Below, in pieces: positions 8,188 to 18,050 of a stretch of DNA of 64,000 bases. Position 1 is the first letter of the stretch. Each line of letters begins with the position of its first letter. The position numbers were made by a program, and so were the translations under genes. Source of the DNA: Candidatus Hydrogenedens sp. (GTDB taxonomy: Bacteria > Hydrogenedentota > Hydrogenedentia > Hydrogenedentales > JAEUWI01); NCBI GenBank assembly GCA_016125095.1, contig WGMK01000022.1, positions 37,897 to 101,896 of the forward strand. The letters run 5' to 3'. Below the pieces are notes generated by a model. The model had not been told where the DNA came from, searched no databases, and saw only the letters and a program-made list of their open reading frames with translations.

Positions 8188-11082
8188 CTACTGGAAGCTG
8201 AGCGTGCCGACCTTGCCTTCCTGGGCGGCTTCCATGGCCTCAATGAGCGCGCCCTGGTCGGCGCTGATGTCGACCGTGAGGTTCAGGTGCTTGCTGTTCA
8301 GCTCGGCGGTGCCGGTGATGCGGCCGCCGGCGTTGAGGCCGAGGCGGATGCGCGCGCGGTCGAAGGGACGCTGGGGAGCGTCGCCGATGACGCTGGCCAC
8401 CACGCTGCTGATAACGCGGCTGCCGGAAACCTCGGCGTCGTTCTGCGACATCATCGCCTGCACCACCATCTCGCGGCTCATGGTAAAGCCCTCGGTTGAT
8501 TCGAGGTCGGCGTCGAGTTCGATGATGCGGCTGTTCTCGATGGCCGCGCGGATGTGTCCGCCGACGATGCCGGTGACGGGGCCATAGGGCAGCGCGAAGG
8601 CCGTGCTGAACGCGGCCAGGTCGATGCCGGAGACCTCGGCGTCGAAGCGCAACGGCAACGAGGACTTGAGCAGGTTGACCTCGCCGTTCGCCAGCACTTC
8701 GCCATTCCACAAGTCGGCGCGGGCTTTCTCGAAGTAGGTTTCGGTGCCCTCCGCGCGTACCTGGGCGGTCAGGTTGCGGAAGATGGCACCGAAGGCAACG
8801 GCATCGCCGGCGGAGAAGGGCCCGGCCGCCGTGCCGCCGTTCTCGAGGTTGGCGTAAATCTCGAGCGTCATGCCGGAGAGCGCAAGCGCGTTGTCGGGCA
8901 GCACGATGCCTCCGGTCATCACGAGATCGCCCGTGCCGCGCTGGCCGGTATCGTCGTAGCGGATGTTGCTGCCGTTGACCTTCAGCGTGGCATCGCCGGA
9001 GTCCACATAGCCGAAGGCCTGCAGCAAGGCAAGGTCGCTGTCGAGGGTGAAGGTGTCGGCCGTCACGGTGCCGCTCGCCGTGTCAAAGGCGAATGCGCCG
9101 AGCGTGGCGTGGGTCTTGTCCTTCCAATCGGCCGTGAGCGACCCGGTCGTTTCGCCGGACTTTGCACTGTAGTTCACCTCGCCAGCCAGCTGGATAATCT
9201 CGCCCGCGGGCATGGCGATACTGCCGTGCCAGAACTCAGCAAGGTCGAGGGCGAGCTTGCCCAGCGTGTAGGTGTCGTTGGCATAGCGCAGGGTCGCCTT
9301 GCCGCTGGTCTGCGCGCCGAAGCCCGAGAGTCCGAGCAGGCCCGCCAGGCGCTCCAGGTCGAAGTCGGCCTTCAGCGGCAGGTTTCCTTCCGTCGTATCG
9401 GCTTTCCCGCCCTCGATGGAGACCTTGCCGATGCCGTCGATGCCCAGCGTGACGTCGAGTGGATAGGCGGTCGGCGCTTCGTTGTTGAGATAGCCCTTGG
9501 CGGTCAGTGCGTAGGGCAGGGGTGCTGACGAAACGAGCGGCCCCAGGCGCGATAACGTACCTTTCCAATCGATGGCGTGCTCGGCGAAGGCACGTCCGTC
9601 GAGCGCCTTTAGCGATACCGTACCCGTGGCCGTGGCGTCGAGCCAGCTGGTCGGGTCGGTGGCCGTCCACGCCGCCAGCCACACACGCGGTTCGAGCGCA
9701 TCGGTCGTCACGCTTGTTTCCCAGATGCCGGTGTCGGGGTAGCGCAGGCTGGCGTTCCAGTCTTCGTGATCCTCGTGCTTCCCCGTCAGCGTTGCGAGCC
9801 AGGCGCCGCCGTCTTCTTGCGACGCGCCGAAGGTCAGGCCGAAAGCGTCCTTCGCATCGCGCAGGCGCGGCGAGACTTCGCCCACCACGTGCAGCGCGTC
9901 GTGCTGCGTGAGGGTGGCGGACCAGCCAGCGGCCTCGAGCTTGGGCAAGTAATCGAGCGGCGGCGGACCCTCGGCCGGGGGAAAAAACGAGCGCAAGGCC
10001 ATCCGGCTCCAATCGTTCGCGTGCACCGTGGCCTCGAAGCCATCCTCGAGCAGGGTGGCGTCCATGGCTGCGCTGGCACCGTCGATGAGCATGATCGCGC
10101 CGCCGAGCCGCAGCGTTTCGCCGTAGTCGCCCTTCAGCTTGAGTCCTGCAGGACCGGCATACCACGGCGCGCCGAGGGGACCGACTTCAAGCCCCAGCAC
10201 CTGGCCGCCTGCTTCGAAATGCCGCTCATCGTCCTTAAATTTGCCCGAGGCCTCGGCCACCTCGAAGCGCGTGAAGCGCGTCTCCACGGGCAGCCAGGGC
10301 TGCGCCAGCTCGGACCACAGGCTGCTTTCCAGAATGAGGTGCTGCACCTCAAACTTGAAGTGCTCAGGCGTCCAGTAGACGAACTCGCCGCGTCCGCTGG
10401 CGAGACCCTGCACTTGCGCGACGAACAAGCCCTCGACGCTTTCCGGCGTGTAGCGCGCGGCGGCGTCGAGCGAGCCCTTCACTTCCTGCAGGCCGAGATC
10501 CGTGCCGGGTGCAGACCATGCGCCGGAGACCGTGTCGCCGTGGACGCGGGCCTTCACGTTGTCTGCGTTCTCGATCTCGGCATCCACGCTGAGCCCGTCG
10601 AGCTGTAGCGACAGCGCGGGCGTCTCGACGCGCAGCGGCAGCTTCACGATGGAGACCTTCTCCGGCAGATAGGGTGTGGCGTCGAACCCGCTGGAGGGCT
10701 GCGAAGCGAGGTGTGAGACGAAATCGAAGTTGCGGTCCGGATTCTCGAGCACGTTAAGCGCCAGCTTGCCGATCGCCACGGACGTCACGTGCCGACTGCC
10801 GGTGGACAGTTGCACCGAGATGTTCTTCGCGGCGGCGAGCGGCGGAGCGTCGGGGTCCTCGATATCGCGCACCTGCAGCGTATCAACGGTGGTGTGCAGC
10901 CCGGGCGATACGCCACTCGCGTCGATATCTGCCGGCACTACGGCGGCTATGCCCAGTTCGAGCAACAGTTCGCTCTGCGACCACAGCCCGCCCCCGGCGG
11001 CCAGCAGCAGCACGCCGCCGAACGCCAGCCGGCGGGGCCAGCGGCGGCGCGGGGGTTTCGGCTGGGCTTGCGGTTCCGGCAT
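8188..11082 (-). CDS. large N-terminally anchored envelope protein, AsmA/YdbH-like
   Basis: 964 aa. Basic N-terminus plus one TM (RRLAFGGVLLLAAGGGLW). Long beta-rich body. The C-terminal region resembles YdbH/DUF748-type lipid-transfer proteins (recall only). Confidence 0.55.
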   Translation of the reverse strand: MPEPQAQPKPPRRRWPRRLAFGGVLLLAAGGGLWSQSELLLELGIAAVVPADIDASGVSPGLHTTVDTLQVRDIEDPDAPPLAAAKNISVQLSTGSRHVTSVAIGKLALNVLENPDRNFDFVSHLASQPSSGFDATPYLPEKVSIVKLPLRVETPALSLQLDGLSVDAEIENADNVKARVHGDTVSGAWSAPGTDLGLQEVKGSLDAAARYTPESVEGLFVAQVQGLASGRGEFVYWTPEHFKFEVQHLILESSLWSELAQPWLPVETRFTRFEVAEASGKFKDDERHFEAGGQVLGLEVGPLGAPWYAGPAGLKLKGDYGETLRLGGAIMLIDGASAAMDATLLEDGFEATVHANDWSRMALRSFFPPAEGPPPLDYLPKLEAAGWSATLTQHDALHVVGEVSPRLRDAKDAFGLTFGASQEDGGAWLATLTGKHEDHEDWNASLRYPDTGIWETSVTTDALEPRVWLAAWTATDPTSWLDATATGTVSLKALDGRAFAEHAIDWKGTLSRLGPLVSSAPLPYALTAKGYLNNEAPTAYPLDVTLGIDGIGKVSIEGGKADTTEGNLPLKADFDLERLAGLLGLSGFGAQTSGKATLRYANDTYTLGKLALDLAEFWHGSIAMPAGEIIQLAGEVNYSAKSGETTGSLTADWKDKTHATLGAFAFDTASGTVTADTFTLDSDLALLQAFGYVDSGDATLKVNGSNIRYDDTGQRGTGDLVMTGGIVLPDNALALSGMTLEIYANLENGGTAAGPFSAGDAVAFGAIFRNLTAQVRAEGTETYFEKARADLWNGEVLANGEVNLLKSSLPLRFDAEVSGIDLAAFSTAFALPYGPVTGIVGGHIRAAIENSRIIELDADLESTEGFTMSREMVVQAMMSQNDAEVSGSRVISSVVASVIGDAPQRPFDRARIRLGLNAGGRITGTAELNSKHLNLTVDISADQGALIEAMEAAQEGKVGTLSFQ

Positions 11083-11085
11083 GCG

Positions 11086-12510
11086 TTACTCCGTGCCGTT
11101 CACTTCCACCTTGATCTGCCCGATGAGCGGCAGCAGCTTGGTCTGCTCGAGCAGGTCGCCCTCAGACAACTTGATGTGCGTGACATCCACGCCCACCTGG
11201 TTGAACGTGGGATCGACCTCAATCCATTCACCCACCCAAACGCGGGACCATTGGTGGAAATAGAATCCGGGCTGGCTGGCCTCCACATAGATGAGCCCGG
11301 CGACGGTCTGCGCGGGAATGCCGGCGGCGCGCGCCAGTCCCACAAACAGCACGCTGTGCTCGGTGCAGTCGCCCTCGAGGTGATTGAGCACCTCGAGCGT
11401 ATTGGTCAAGCGCGCAGAAAAGGTGCTTTTCATGTTGGTGTACACCCAGCTGCACAACTTCTCCGCCGCCTTCACGGCGTTCGTCTCGCCGTCGATGATC
11501 TCTGCGGCCTTCGCCTTCACCGCGTCGTTGTCGCTCTGCACATAGGCGCTCGCCTCGACCCATTGCGCATAAGCCGGATCCGTCACCGGAAGCGTGGCTG
11601 CCGTGAAGCCCTTCAGGTCGATGCGCTTGCTCGTGAAGTTGAAGAAGCCTTCCGCCGGGGAGAAGTTCTGGCGGTTGTCGTTGAACAAATGATCCTCGCC
11701 GAGCGGCGCGGTGATTTTCAGCGAGAGGGAATCGCGGCCGCGCGGGTCCTGCAGGGGCGCGTCGAGAATCGCCGCGTTCGACACGATTACGTCGTTGCTG
11801 TAGTCCACTTGTTTCGCCACCTCGGCGGGCTCGAGCCGCAGCACCATGTTGTCGGCGATGTGATCTTCCAGCACCACGCCGCGCGCGGTGACGTAGGTGA
11901 CCGTACTCAGGCCCATCACGTCGATGTTGGATTGAATCTTGTACACGGGTGTGGGCACACCGTTCAGGATGCGTTCCTCGATGGCCTGTACGAAACTGAC
12001 GCCGGTCACTTCCTTCGAGTACATCGGCTCGAAGAGCGAGAAGTTCATGCCGTCGCCCACCACGGGGGACTTGAGCACCCAGAGCGCGTGCTTTACGGAG
12101 TCTTCCAGCGTCTCGGCGGGCCGCGGCAGTTCCGACACGCTTTCCTCGCCGCCGAGGAAGCGCGAGAACTTCATGATGTCGCCCTCGACCACACCGACGA
12201 AGCGCGACTTCTCGCTGGGGGTCTCGATGACGGATTCGACCGAGGCGAGCTTGCCCTCGGCGTCGTAGAGGCGCCGGGTGTTGATGTGCATGTCCTGACG
12301 CACGCCGGCCATCGACATCTGGAAGTGGGCGTCCTGCTCCACGTTGTACTGGCCGTCGCTGCGCTTTTCGAAGGCCTCGCGCGCGTAGCCCGCCTTCTGC
12401 CCGTTGAAATAGACGCCGTACCAGTCTTCGCCCAGCAGCGGCGCCATGTCGGGCATTTCGGCCCATGCGCCCGATGCCGCCACCAGTAGCAGCAGGATCA
12501 CTCTCTTCAT
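11086..12510 (-). CDS. transglutaminase-like domain protein, secreted
   Basis: Signal MKRVILLLLVAASGAWA. Cys-protease-like core EGDCTEHSVLFVGLARAAGIPA ... FYFHQWSRVWVGEWIEVDPT. Confidence 0.8.
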   Translation of the reverse strand: MKRVILLLLVAASGAWAEMPDMAPLLGEDWYGVYFNGQKAGYAREAFEKRSDGQYNVEQDAHFQMSMAGVRQDMHINTRRLYDAEGKLASVESVIETPSEKSRFVGVVEGDIMKFSRFLGGEESVSELPRPAETLEDSVKHALWVLKSPVVGDGMNFSLFEPMYSKEVTGVSFVQAIEERILNGVPTPVYKIQSNIDVMGLSTVTYVTARGVVLEDHIADNMVLRLEPAEVAKQVDYSNDVIVSNAAILDAPLQDPRGRDSLSLKITAPLGEDHLFNDNRQNFSPAEGFFNFTSKRIDLKGFTAATLPVTDPAYAQWVEASAYVQSDNDAVKAKAAEIIDGETNAVKAAEKLCSWVYTNMKSTFSARLTNTLEVLNHLEGDCTEHSVLFVGLARAAGIPAQTVAGLIYVEASQPGFYFHQWSRVWVGEWIEVDPTFNQVGVDVTHIKLSEGDLLEQTKLLPLIGQIKVEVNGTE

Positions 12511-12549
12511 GAAATCTCTCTCCTGGAGGCCAGCGCGTATTGTACCGGA

Positions 12550-13857
12550 TTAACGCGCGCCGCCGCCCGATTGAAGACGCGCGCGCAGGGCCTGCGCCAC
12601 GGCATCGGCCACCGCGCGCGCCCCGGCCTCCGTGAAATGGCAGTCGTCGTAGAAATATTCCGGGTTGCCGTTCATGGGATCGAGGTCGACACACGCGGCG
12701 TCTTCCTCGGCACAAATCTCGCGCAAGCGGTCGTTGTAGGCGTCCATCGCGTAGCGCAGTCGTCCCAAGCTCAAATACCTTCCATCCGGGAGCCAGCCGA
12801 ACCAGCAGAGGCTGTCGACGCCCAGTCTCGGAACTGAATCCCAGAGCGTGGGCTGGGTGGTGAACACGATGTCCAGCCCGCGCGCCCGTGCTGTCTGAAT
12901 CAGACGCCGGATGCGGTCGCCGTATTCAAACAGCCCGCGCGTCAGGTCAGGCCGTTCGTCGGTGAGCGGCGCTTCCTCGCGATGTGATTTCCGCACGAGC
13001 ATCTCGTCGCCGCCGCGGCCTTCTTCGTATCGGAGCGGCGGGCGCCGCGGCTGACGCAGCGTGTGAATCAGTTGCAGCAGCGCGCTGCGCGTCCACCAGG
13101 GAGCAGGCCCCGAGGGTTCGGCGAAGTCATTCAGTTCGGCGCGCGGTGAGCGGGTAAAGCGGTCGCCGTCGAAGCGGCGGAACACCGATTCGGTTTCCTC
13201 GTCGGCTAAGTAGCGCCAGAGATCGTTGACGCCCGGCTGCACCACGATGCCGGCGCAGCTGCGGAGCAGCGGCGAATCCTCCACGAAGCGTAGGTGCTGG
13301 CGCGAGTCGAATCCGCTGATACCCACATTGCCGACCCACACGCCGTCGAGGGCTTCGGAAACCAGCCAGGGCCAGGTTTTGCGATCGTCGAGGTAGACGC
13401 ATTCGGTGGTGCTGCCGCCCACGGCCAGCCAGCGCGCGTCTCCGGGCTGCGGCGGCTCGGGCGCGCGGATGCCGCGGCTGTCGGTGGTGAAGTGCGAGGG
13501 CCCGGTGATGCCGTTGAGAATGCCGGGCTCGTGCACGCGCCGCACGAATGGACCGCGCGTGTGGAAGCGGCGGTGCAGGCCGAGTTCGTCGTTCGCGCGG
13601 TTCGCGCCCCATTCGAGCAGCGCGCCGCACAGCGCGAGGGAGACCAGCAACAGCAGGCCGTTCGCCTGGTACTTCGTGGCGCACCGCTGCGTTGCGGGAA
13701 GCATGAGCGACGCGCCGACACACACGGTGCCCAACAGGATGGCGCCGGTAATCCCGTGTTCGAGGACGCCTTCGGGGCGCCAGCCGAGCGCCACCATGGT
13801 GGCGAGTTCGAGGGTGAGCGCGCCGCTGATCAGCGCGAGTGCGGCGAGCAAGATCAT
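12550..13857 (-). CDS. membrane-anchored SGNH/GDSL hydrolase family protein
   Basis: Three N-terminal TM segments. Block I-like WLAVGGSTTECVY and block V DDCHFTEAG. Start overlaps the upstream stop. Confidence 0.75.
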   Translation of the reverse strand: MILLAALALISGALTLELATMVALGWRPEGVLEHGITGAILLGTVCVGASLMLPATQRCATKYQANGLLLLVSLALCGALLEWGANRANDELGLHRRFHTRGPFVRRVHEPGILNGITGPSHFTTDSRGIRAPEPPQPGDARWLAVGGSTTECVYLDDRKTWPWLVSEALDGVWVGNVGISGFDSRQHLRFVEDSPLLRSCAGIVVQPGVNDLWRYLADEETESVFRRFDGDRFTRSPRAELNDFAEPSGPAPWWTRSALLQLIHTLRQPRRPPLRYEEGRGGDEMLVRKSHREEAPLTDERPDLTRGLFEYGDRIRRLIQTARARGLDIVFTTQPTLWDSVPRLGVDSLCWFGWLPDGRYLSLGRLRYAMDAYNDRLREICAEEDAACVDLDPMNGNPEYFYDDCHFTEAGARAVADAVAQALRARLQSGGGAR

Positions 13858-16800
13858 GGCAGCGCGAAGGCCACCCAGGCGTCGCCGGGGGTGGTGCCGA
13901 GTTTGCCGCCGCCGGTGGCCGCGACGACCACATACTGCTTGCCGCCTGCTTCATAGATGGACGGGGGCGCATAGCCGCCGAAGGGAAGCGCGTGGCTCCA
14001 CAGGATATCGCCGGTATCCGCGTCAAAGGCGTAGATCTTTTCGTCGGGCGTGCCTGCGCAAAATATCACCCCACCCGCCGACACGCTCGGTCCGCCGAAG
14101 TTTTCCGCGCCGGTGTCGTCTTCGCCCCACGCCGCCAGATCGGGGTAGGTGCCCAGCGGACGCTGCCATAGCAGCTTGCCGGTGTTCAGGTCGAGGCAAT
14201 TCAACGTGCCCCAGGGCGGCTTGCAGCCCGGGTAGCCCTCGTGGTCCAGCAGTTTGGGGTAGCCGTTGCACACGTAGCGCAGCGGACCGTCCGGCGCGGC
14301 GGGCACGGCGCCCTCGGGCAGGTCGCGCAGGAAAAGGTAATCCAGCAAATCATCGATCTGGGCATCGGTCACGGCGATCACGGGCATGCTATTCTTGCCC
14401 GAGCGCAGCAGCGCGCGCACGGCATCGTCGTTCAGCCGCCGCGCCAGCCCTTGCAGCGGCGGGTTCATGCCCACGCCCATGCGGTCAGCGCCGTGGCATT
14501 TCATGCAATGCTCGCGGAAGACGAGTTCGCCCGGCGTGGGCGGGGCGTTCGGATCGCGCGCGGCTTCGTCCGGGCGAAAAACGGTGATGATCCACGGCAG
14601 GTTGTTGGCGGAGACGTATAGGCGGCCGTTGCGAGGGTCGACCGCGCCGCCCATCCATTCGGCGCCGCCGTGGATGTTGTAAAGCACCGTGGGCCGGTTT
14701 TCCTCGAAGGCTTCGAACCAGCCGAAGGCGGCCCGCTCGACATGCTGCTCCACGGCCAGCCGCGCCTCGGGCGTGCGCTCGGTGATGTCGTCGCGCGTGA
14801 ACACCGGCCGCGCAAAGGGCTCGGGCAATTCGATGTCGGGCTGGTAGGGCCACGTGCGTTCGCCCGGCAGTTTCGACACCGGTGCGCGCCGCAGCCGCAC
14901 GGGATACACCGGCGCGCCGCTCTCGCGATCGAGCACCAGCGTGTTGCCGAGTTTCGTCACCTGCGCGACCACATCGACCCGGCGGCCTTGGCGTTCGATA
15001 CTGGTCAGTATCGGCGGCGCGGGAATGTCAATGTCCCAGATATCGTGGCGCAATTCCTGAAAGTGCCAGCGCCGTTCGCCCGTGCGCGCATCGAGCGCGA
15101 TGACGCAGTTGGCGAACAGGTTCTGGCCGAGGTGGTTATTGCCCGCGAAGTTCGGCTTGGGCGAACCCGTAGAGACATAAGCGATGCCGCGCTGCTCGTC
15201 GAGCGCCATGCCGCCCCAGCAGTTCGCGCCCTGCTCGGGTTCGTCCCAGGTGTCGCGGCCGTACTCGCCGTCTTGGGGAATCGTATGGAAGGTCCATCGG
15301 CGTTCGCCTGTGATTACGTCGAAGCCAGCGACATCCTGCGTATAGAGCGGCAGCACGAGCGTGTGCTCGAAGACTGCGCCGGCCACCCGCGATTCGCCCG
15401 ACGCTACGCGGCCGCCGTCGCCGAATTCCGCTATAGGCTTGCCCGTGCCGGGATCGAGTGCCCAAAGAAAACCGCCCGCCGTGAAGAACAGGCGGGCGGG
15501 ATGGGCTGCGTCGCCGGGCCAATGGGTCAGGCCGCGGAACGCCGGCCGGCCGCCCGGATCGAAGCGCCATCGCTCGCGCCCGGTGGCCGCATCGAGTGCC
15601 ACCAGCCGGTCGCCTGCGGTGGGCGCATAGAACGTATCGCCGACCACAATCGGATTGCACTGTACGTTGCCCGCGCCGTCGCCGGAGCGGAAGTCCCACG
15701 CGACTTCCAGTTGGCCGACATTCTCGCGCGTGATCTGGGTGGCGGCGGCAAAGCGTGTGTTGTGCGTATCGCCGTGCGACCGGGTCCACGTGGCGTAGTA
15801 GCCATGCGGCTCCGGCAAGGCCGCAGTCAGGGCGTTCGTATCGGCGGCGGGAATCGTCTGGAATTCAGGCAGGCGCGCGCGCATTGCGGGGTCTTCCACC
15901 TCGGGAGCGAGCGCCGCCGACTTCTCGGGCAGGTCGTCGAAGTTCCACAGACCGAGCGTCGCGTCGTTCGGCTGCAGCGGCGTGTCGATGAGATCCAGCA
16001 CCTCGGTACCGCGCGTGATGCGCACGTCGTCGATCAGGCCATCGCAGAAAAGGCCGCCCTCGACGAGTCGCCCGATGCCGAGACCGCCGGGAACGGGCGC
16101 CATGCCAGTCGAAGTCTTGGCGCTTTCCGCAAAAAGGTAGCTCTCGTAATACACGCGGATGCGGCCGGGGTCGTATTGCATGCTGATGCGGTGCCACTTG
16201 CCATCGCAAATCGGAATCCCCGTGCGCACGTGGTCGGGCTGCAGGCCGGGGGTATACACGCACAATTCGCCCGTACCCGGCTCGGTAAAGATCTCCCAAT
16301 GCGCACCCGAGGCCTTCGTGTCGTTCGCCAGCAGGATGTTGTAGTTCGCGGCGCTGTCCAGCTTCACGCGGCACTGCACCGTAATCGGCGGCGCGCCGTA
16401 GGCGGGATTGCCGGCCGCCACCAGGCTGCCCTTGAGCGCGCGGCCGAACGCGGGCGATTGGCCTTCGACGCCCGCGGCCGTGTCGTTGCGGTCCACCCGG
16501 AGCGCCGGACGCGGCCCGGCGTCTTTGCCATCCAGCTGCGCCACGAGCCAATCGAGTCCGTCGAGGTTGTCGGCCAGCGTTTCCTCGGCATCGTCCATGG
16601 TGTGGCCGAGCACGCCGATAGGCCCCGTGTAGCCGCTGTCGCGGATGGTGCGCAGCAATTCCAAATCGAGTTCGCCGTTGCCCTGCGGAAGTATCTTGTC
16701 GCCCGCGAGATCCGCGCCTTTGGTCATGCCGTTCAGGTTGAGGCAGTAGAGATAGGGCTTCATTTCCTGCAGCAGCTGCGGAAAGCGGTCGAGATGGCCG

Positions 16801-17975
16801 TGCCCATGGTGCAGGTTATACACGAGGCCCACGTTGTCCGCGTCGAGGGCATGCAGTATTTCGAGTTGGTTTTCCGGTTCGCCGAACCAGCCGCCGTGGT
16901 TGTAAAGGCCGACCTTGCAACCGATATCCGCCGCCGCTTCTACAATGGGACGCAGCGCCTCGACGTGCGACTGCACGCGCTGCGCGTGCTCTTCCGCGCT
17001 GCATTCGATCTCGCCGCCGTGCATGGACACCCAGAGTTCCGTATGGACCTCGTGGCGCTTGAGCACGTCGAGAATCTTCTTGGCCGTATCGTCCAGCGCG
17101 CCGGGAAACCAGAAGGCCTTGAGCCCGATGCCCCAGCGCTTGAGCGTGTCCATTTCCTCGTTGAACTGCGCGATGTGCTCCTCGCGCCAGTCGTAGGCCA
17201 GCTGATAGATGCCGTGCCGCGTGAGCATCTCCGCGCGCGCCTCGGGTCCGCGCTTCTTCGCATCGAAAGGCACCACGCACCAGGCCACGAGGTTCTCTCG
17301 ACCGAACAGGCCCGAGGTCCGAACCGTACCCTCCACAAAGGGCCGCACGATCTTCGTCCAGCGCTCGTAGCCGGTCTCGTTCATGTGCAGCTTGTCGCGC
17401 ACGTAGATGGTCTCGTCCGGCTGGCCGTCGTCCTTGAGCATCACAGTGCTCACATCGAGAAACGATACCCGCTCGCGCTCCTCCGCCATCTGCTTCACCG
17501 CCGCGTTCACTTCCTGCATCGCGGGCCACATGTCCCACCGCGCGATGCTCGGCTTGATGCTCAGCACCAGCACTTCGGCGTCGGGCAGCGACTCGGCCAC
17601 ACGGTCGAGAAAGGTCTTGTAGTCGGCGATGACCTCGGCCGGGGCCATGCCCTTGTCCACGTCGTTGTCGCCGGAGTAGAAAACGATCTTGGCGGGCTTG
17701 TACGGCGTGACCACGCGGTCGAAGAACTCGAGCACATCGGCCACGGTCGAACCGCCGAAGCCGCGGTTCAGCACAGGCTCGTCCGGAAACCACTTGTCGA
17801 GTTTCCAGAAGACGATGCTCGAGCTCCCCACGAATAGCACTTGGCCCGGCGCGGGCGGATGCTCGGCATCCATCTCCTCGAAATGCGCAATGGCCGGTTC
17901 CCAGAGGTTCTTCGCCGCGCCGGGCAGCGCCGCCAGCGCCACAGCCAGTGCCAGCAATCCCGTTCCTATCCGCAT
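13854..17975 (-). CDS. multidomain fusion: SGNH esterase + xylose-isomerase-like TIM barrel + LamG-like + PQQ beta-propeller dehydrogenase with c-type haem motif
   Basis: Start MRIGTGLLALAVALAALPGAA with GGAGG 6 nt upstream. Motifs: VLFVGSSSIVFW/GFGGSTVADV/DKLHMNETGYERW (SGNH); LYNLHHGHGH (TIM barrel); ALDAATGRERWRF and ALDARTGERRWHF (PQQ repeats); CMKCHG (CxxCH). Confidence 0.8.
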   Translation of the reverse strand: MRIGTGLLALAVALAALPGAAKNLWEPAIAHFEEMDAEHPPAPGQVLFVGSSSIVFWKLDKWFPDEPVLNRGFGGSTVADVLEFFDRVVTPYKPAKIVFYSGDNDVDKGMAPAEVIADYKTFLDRVAESLPDAEVLVLSIKPSIARWDMWPAMQEVNAAVKQMAEERERVSFLDVSTVMLKDDGQPDETIYVRDKLHMNETGYERWTKIVRPFVEGTVRTSGLFGRENLVAWCVVPFDAKKRGPEARAEMLTRHGIYQLAYDWREEHIAQFNEEMDTLKRWGIGLKAFWFPGALDDTAKKILDVLKRHEVHTELWVSMHGGEIECSAEEHAQRVQSHVEALRPIVEAAADIGCKVGLYNHGGWFGEPENQLEILHALDADNVGLVYNLHHGHGHLDRFPQLLQEMKPYLYCLNLNGMTKGADLAGDKILPQGNGELDLELLRTIRDSGYTGPIGVLGHTMDDAEETLADNLDGLDWLVAQLDGKDAGPRPALRVDRNDTAAGVEGQSPAFGRALKGSLVAAGNPAYGAPPITVQCRVKLDSAANYNILLANDTKASGAHWEIFTEPGTGELCVYTPGLQPDHVRTGIPICDGKWHRISMQYDPGRIRVYYESYLFAESAKTSTGMAPVPGGLGIGRLVEGGLFCDGLIDDVRITRGTEVLDLIDTPLQPNDATLGLWNFDDLPEKSAALAPEVEDPAMRARLPEFQTIPAADTNALTAALPEPHGYYATWTRSHGDTHNTRFAAATQITRENVGQLEVAWDFRSGDGAGNVQCNPIVVGDTFYAPTAGDRLVALDAATGRERWRFDPGGRPAFRGLTHWPGDAAHPARLFFTAGGFLWALDPGTGKPIAEFGDGGRVASGESRVAGAVFEHTLVLPLYTQDVAGFDVITGERRWTFHTIPQDGEYGRDTWDEPEQGANCWGGMALDEQRGIAYVSTGSPKPNFAGNNHLGQNLFANCVIALDARTGERRWHFQELRHDIWDIDIPAPPILTSIERQGRRVDVVAQVTKLGNTLVLDRESGAPVYPVRLRRAPVSKLPGERTWPYQPDIELPEPFARPVFTRDDITERTPEARLAVEQHVERAAFGWFEAFEENRPTVLYNIHGGAEWMGGAVDPRNGRLYVSANNLPWIITVFRPDEAARDPNAPPTPGELVFREHCMKCHGADRMGVGMNPPLQGLARRLNDDAVRALLRSGKNSMPVIAVTDAQIDDLLDYLFLRDLPEGAVPAAPDGPLRYVCNGYPKLLDHEGYPGCKPPWGTLNCLDLNTGKLLWQRPLGTYPDLAAWGEDDTGAENFGGPSVSAGGVIFCAGTPDEKIYAFDADTGDILWSHALPFGGYAPPSIYEAGGKQYVVVAATGGGKLGTTPGDAWVAFALP

Positions 17976-18050
17976 GGTCCGCCTCCTCGATTCGCAAGTA
18001 CAGCCCGTGGGCATGATAGGCAGGAACACGCGCGGCGTCAATCGGGAACG

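Noticed and set aside
14670-17837. 1055-aa plus-strand ORF
   Set aside because: Antisense to the PQQ/SGNH fusion gene, which carries multiple conserved motifs. The composition is dominated by Arg/Ala/Gly/Val/His, and there is no signal peptide or domain pattern.
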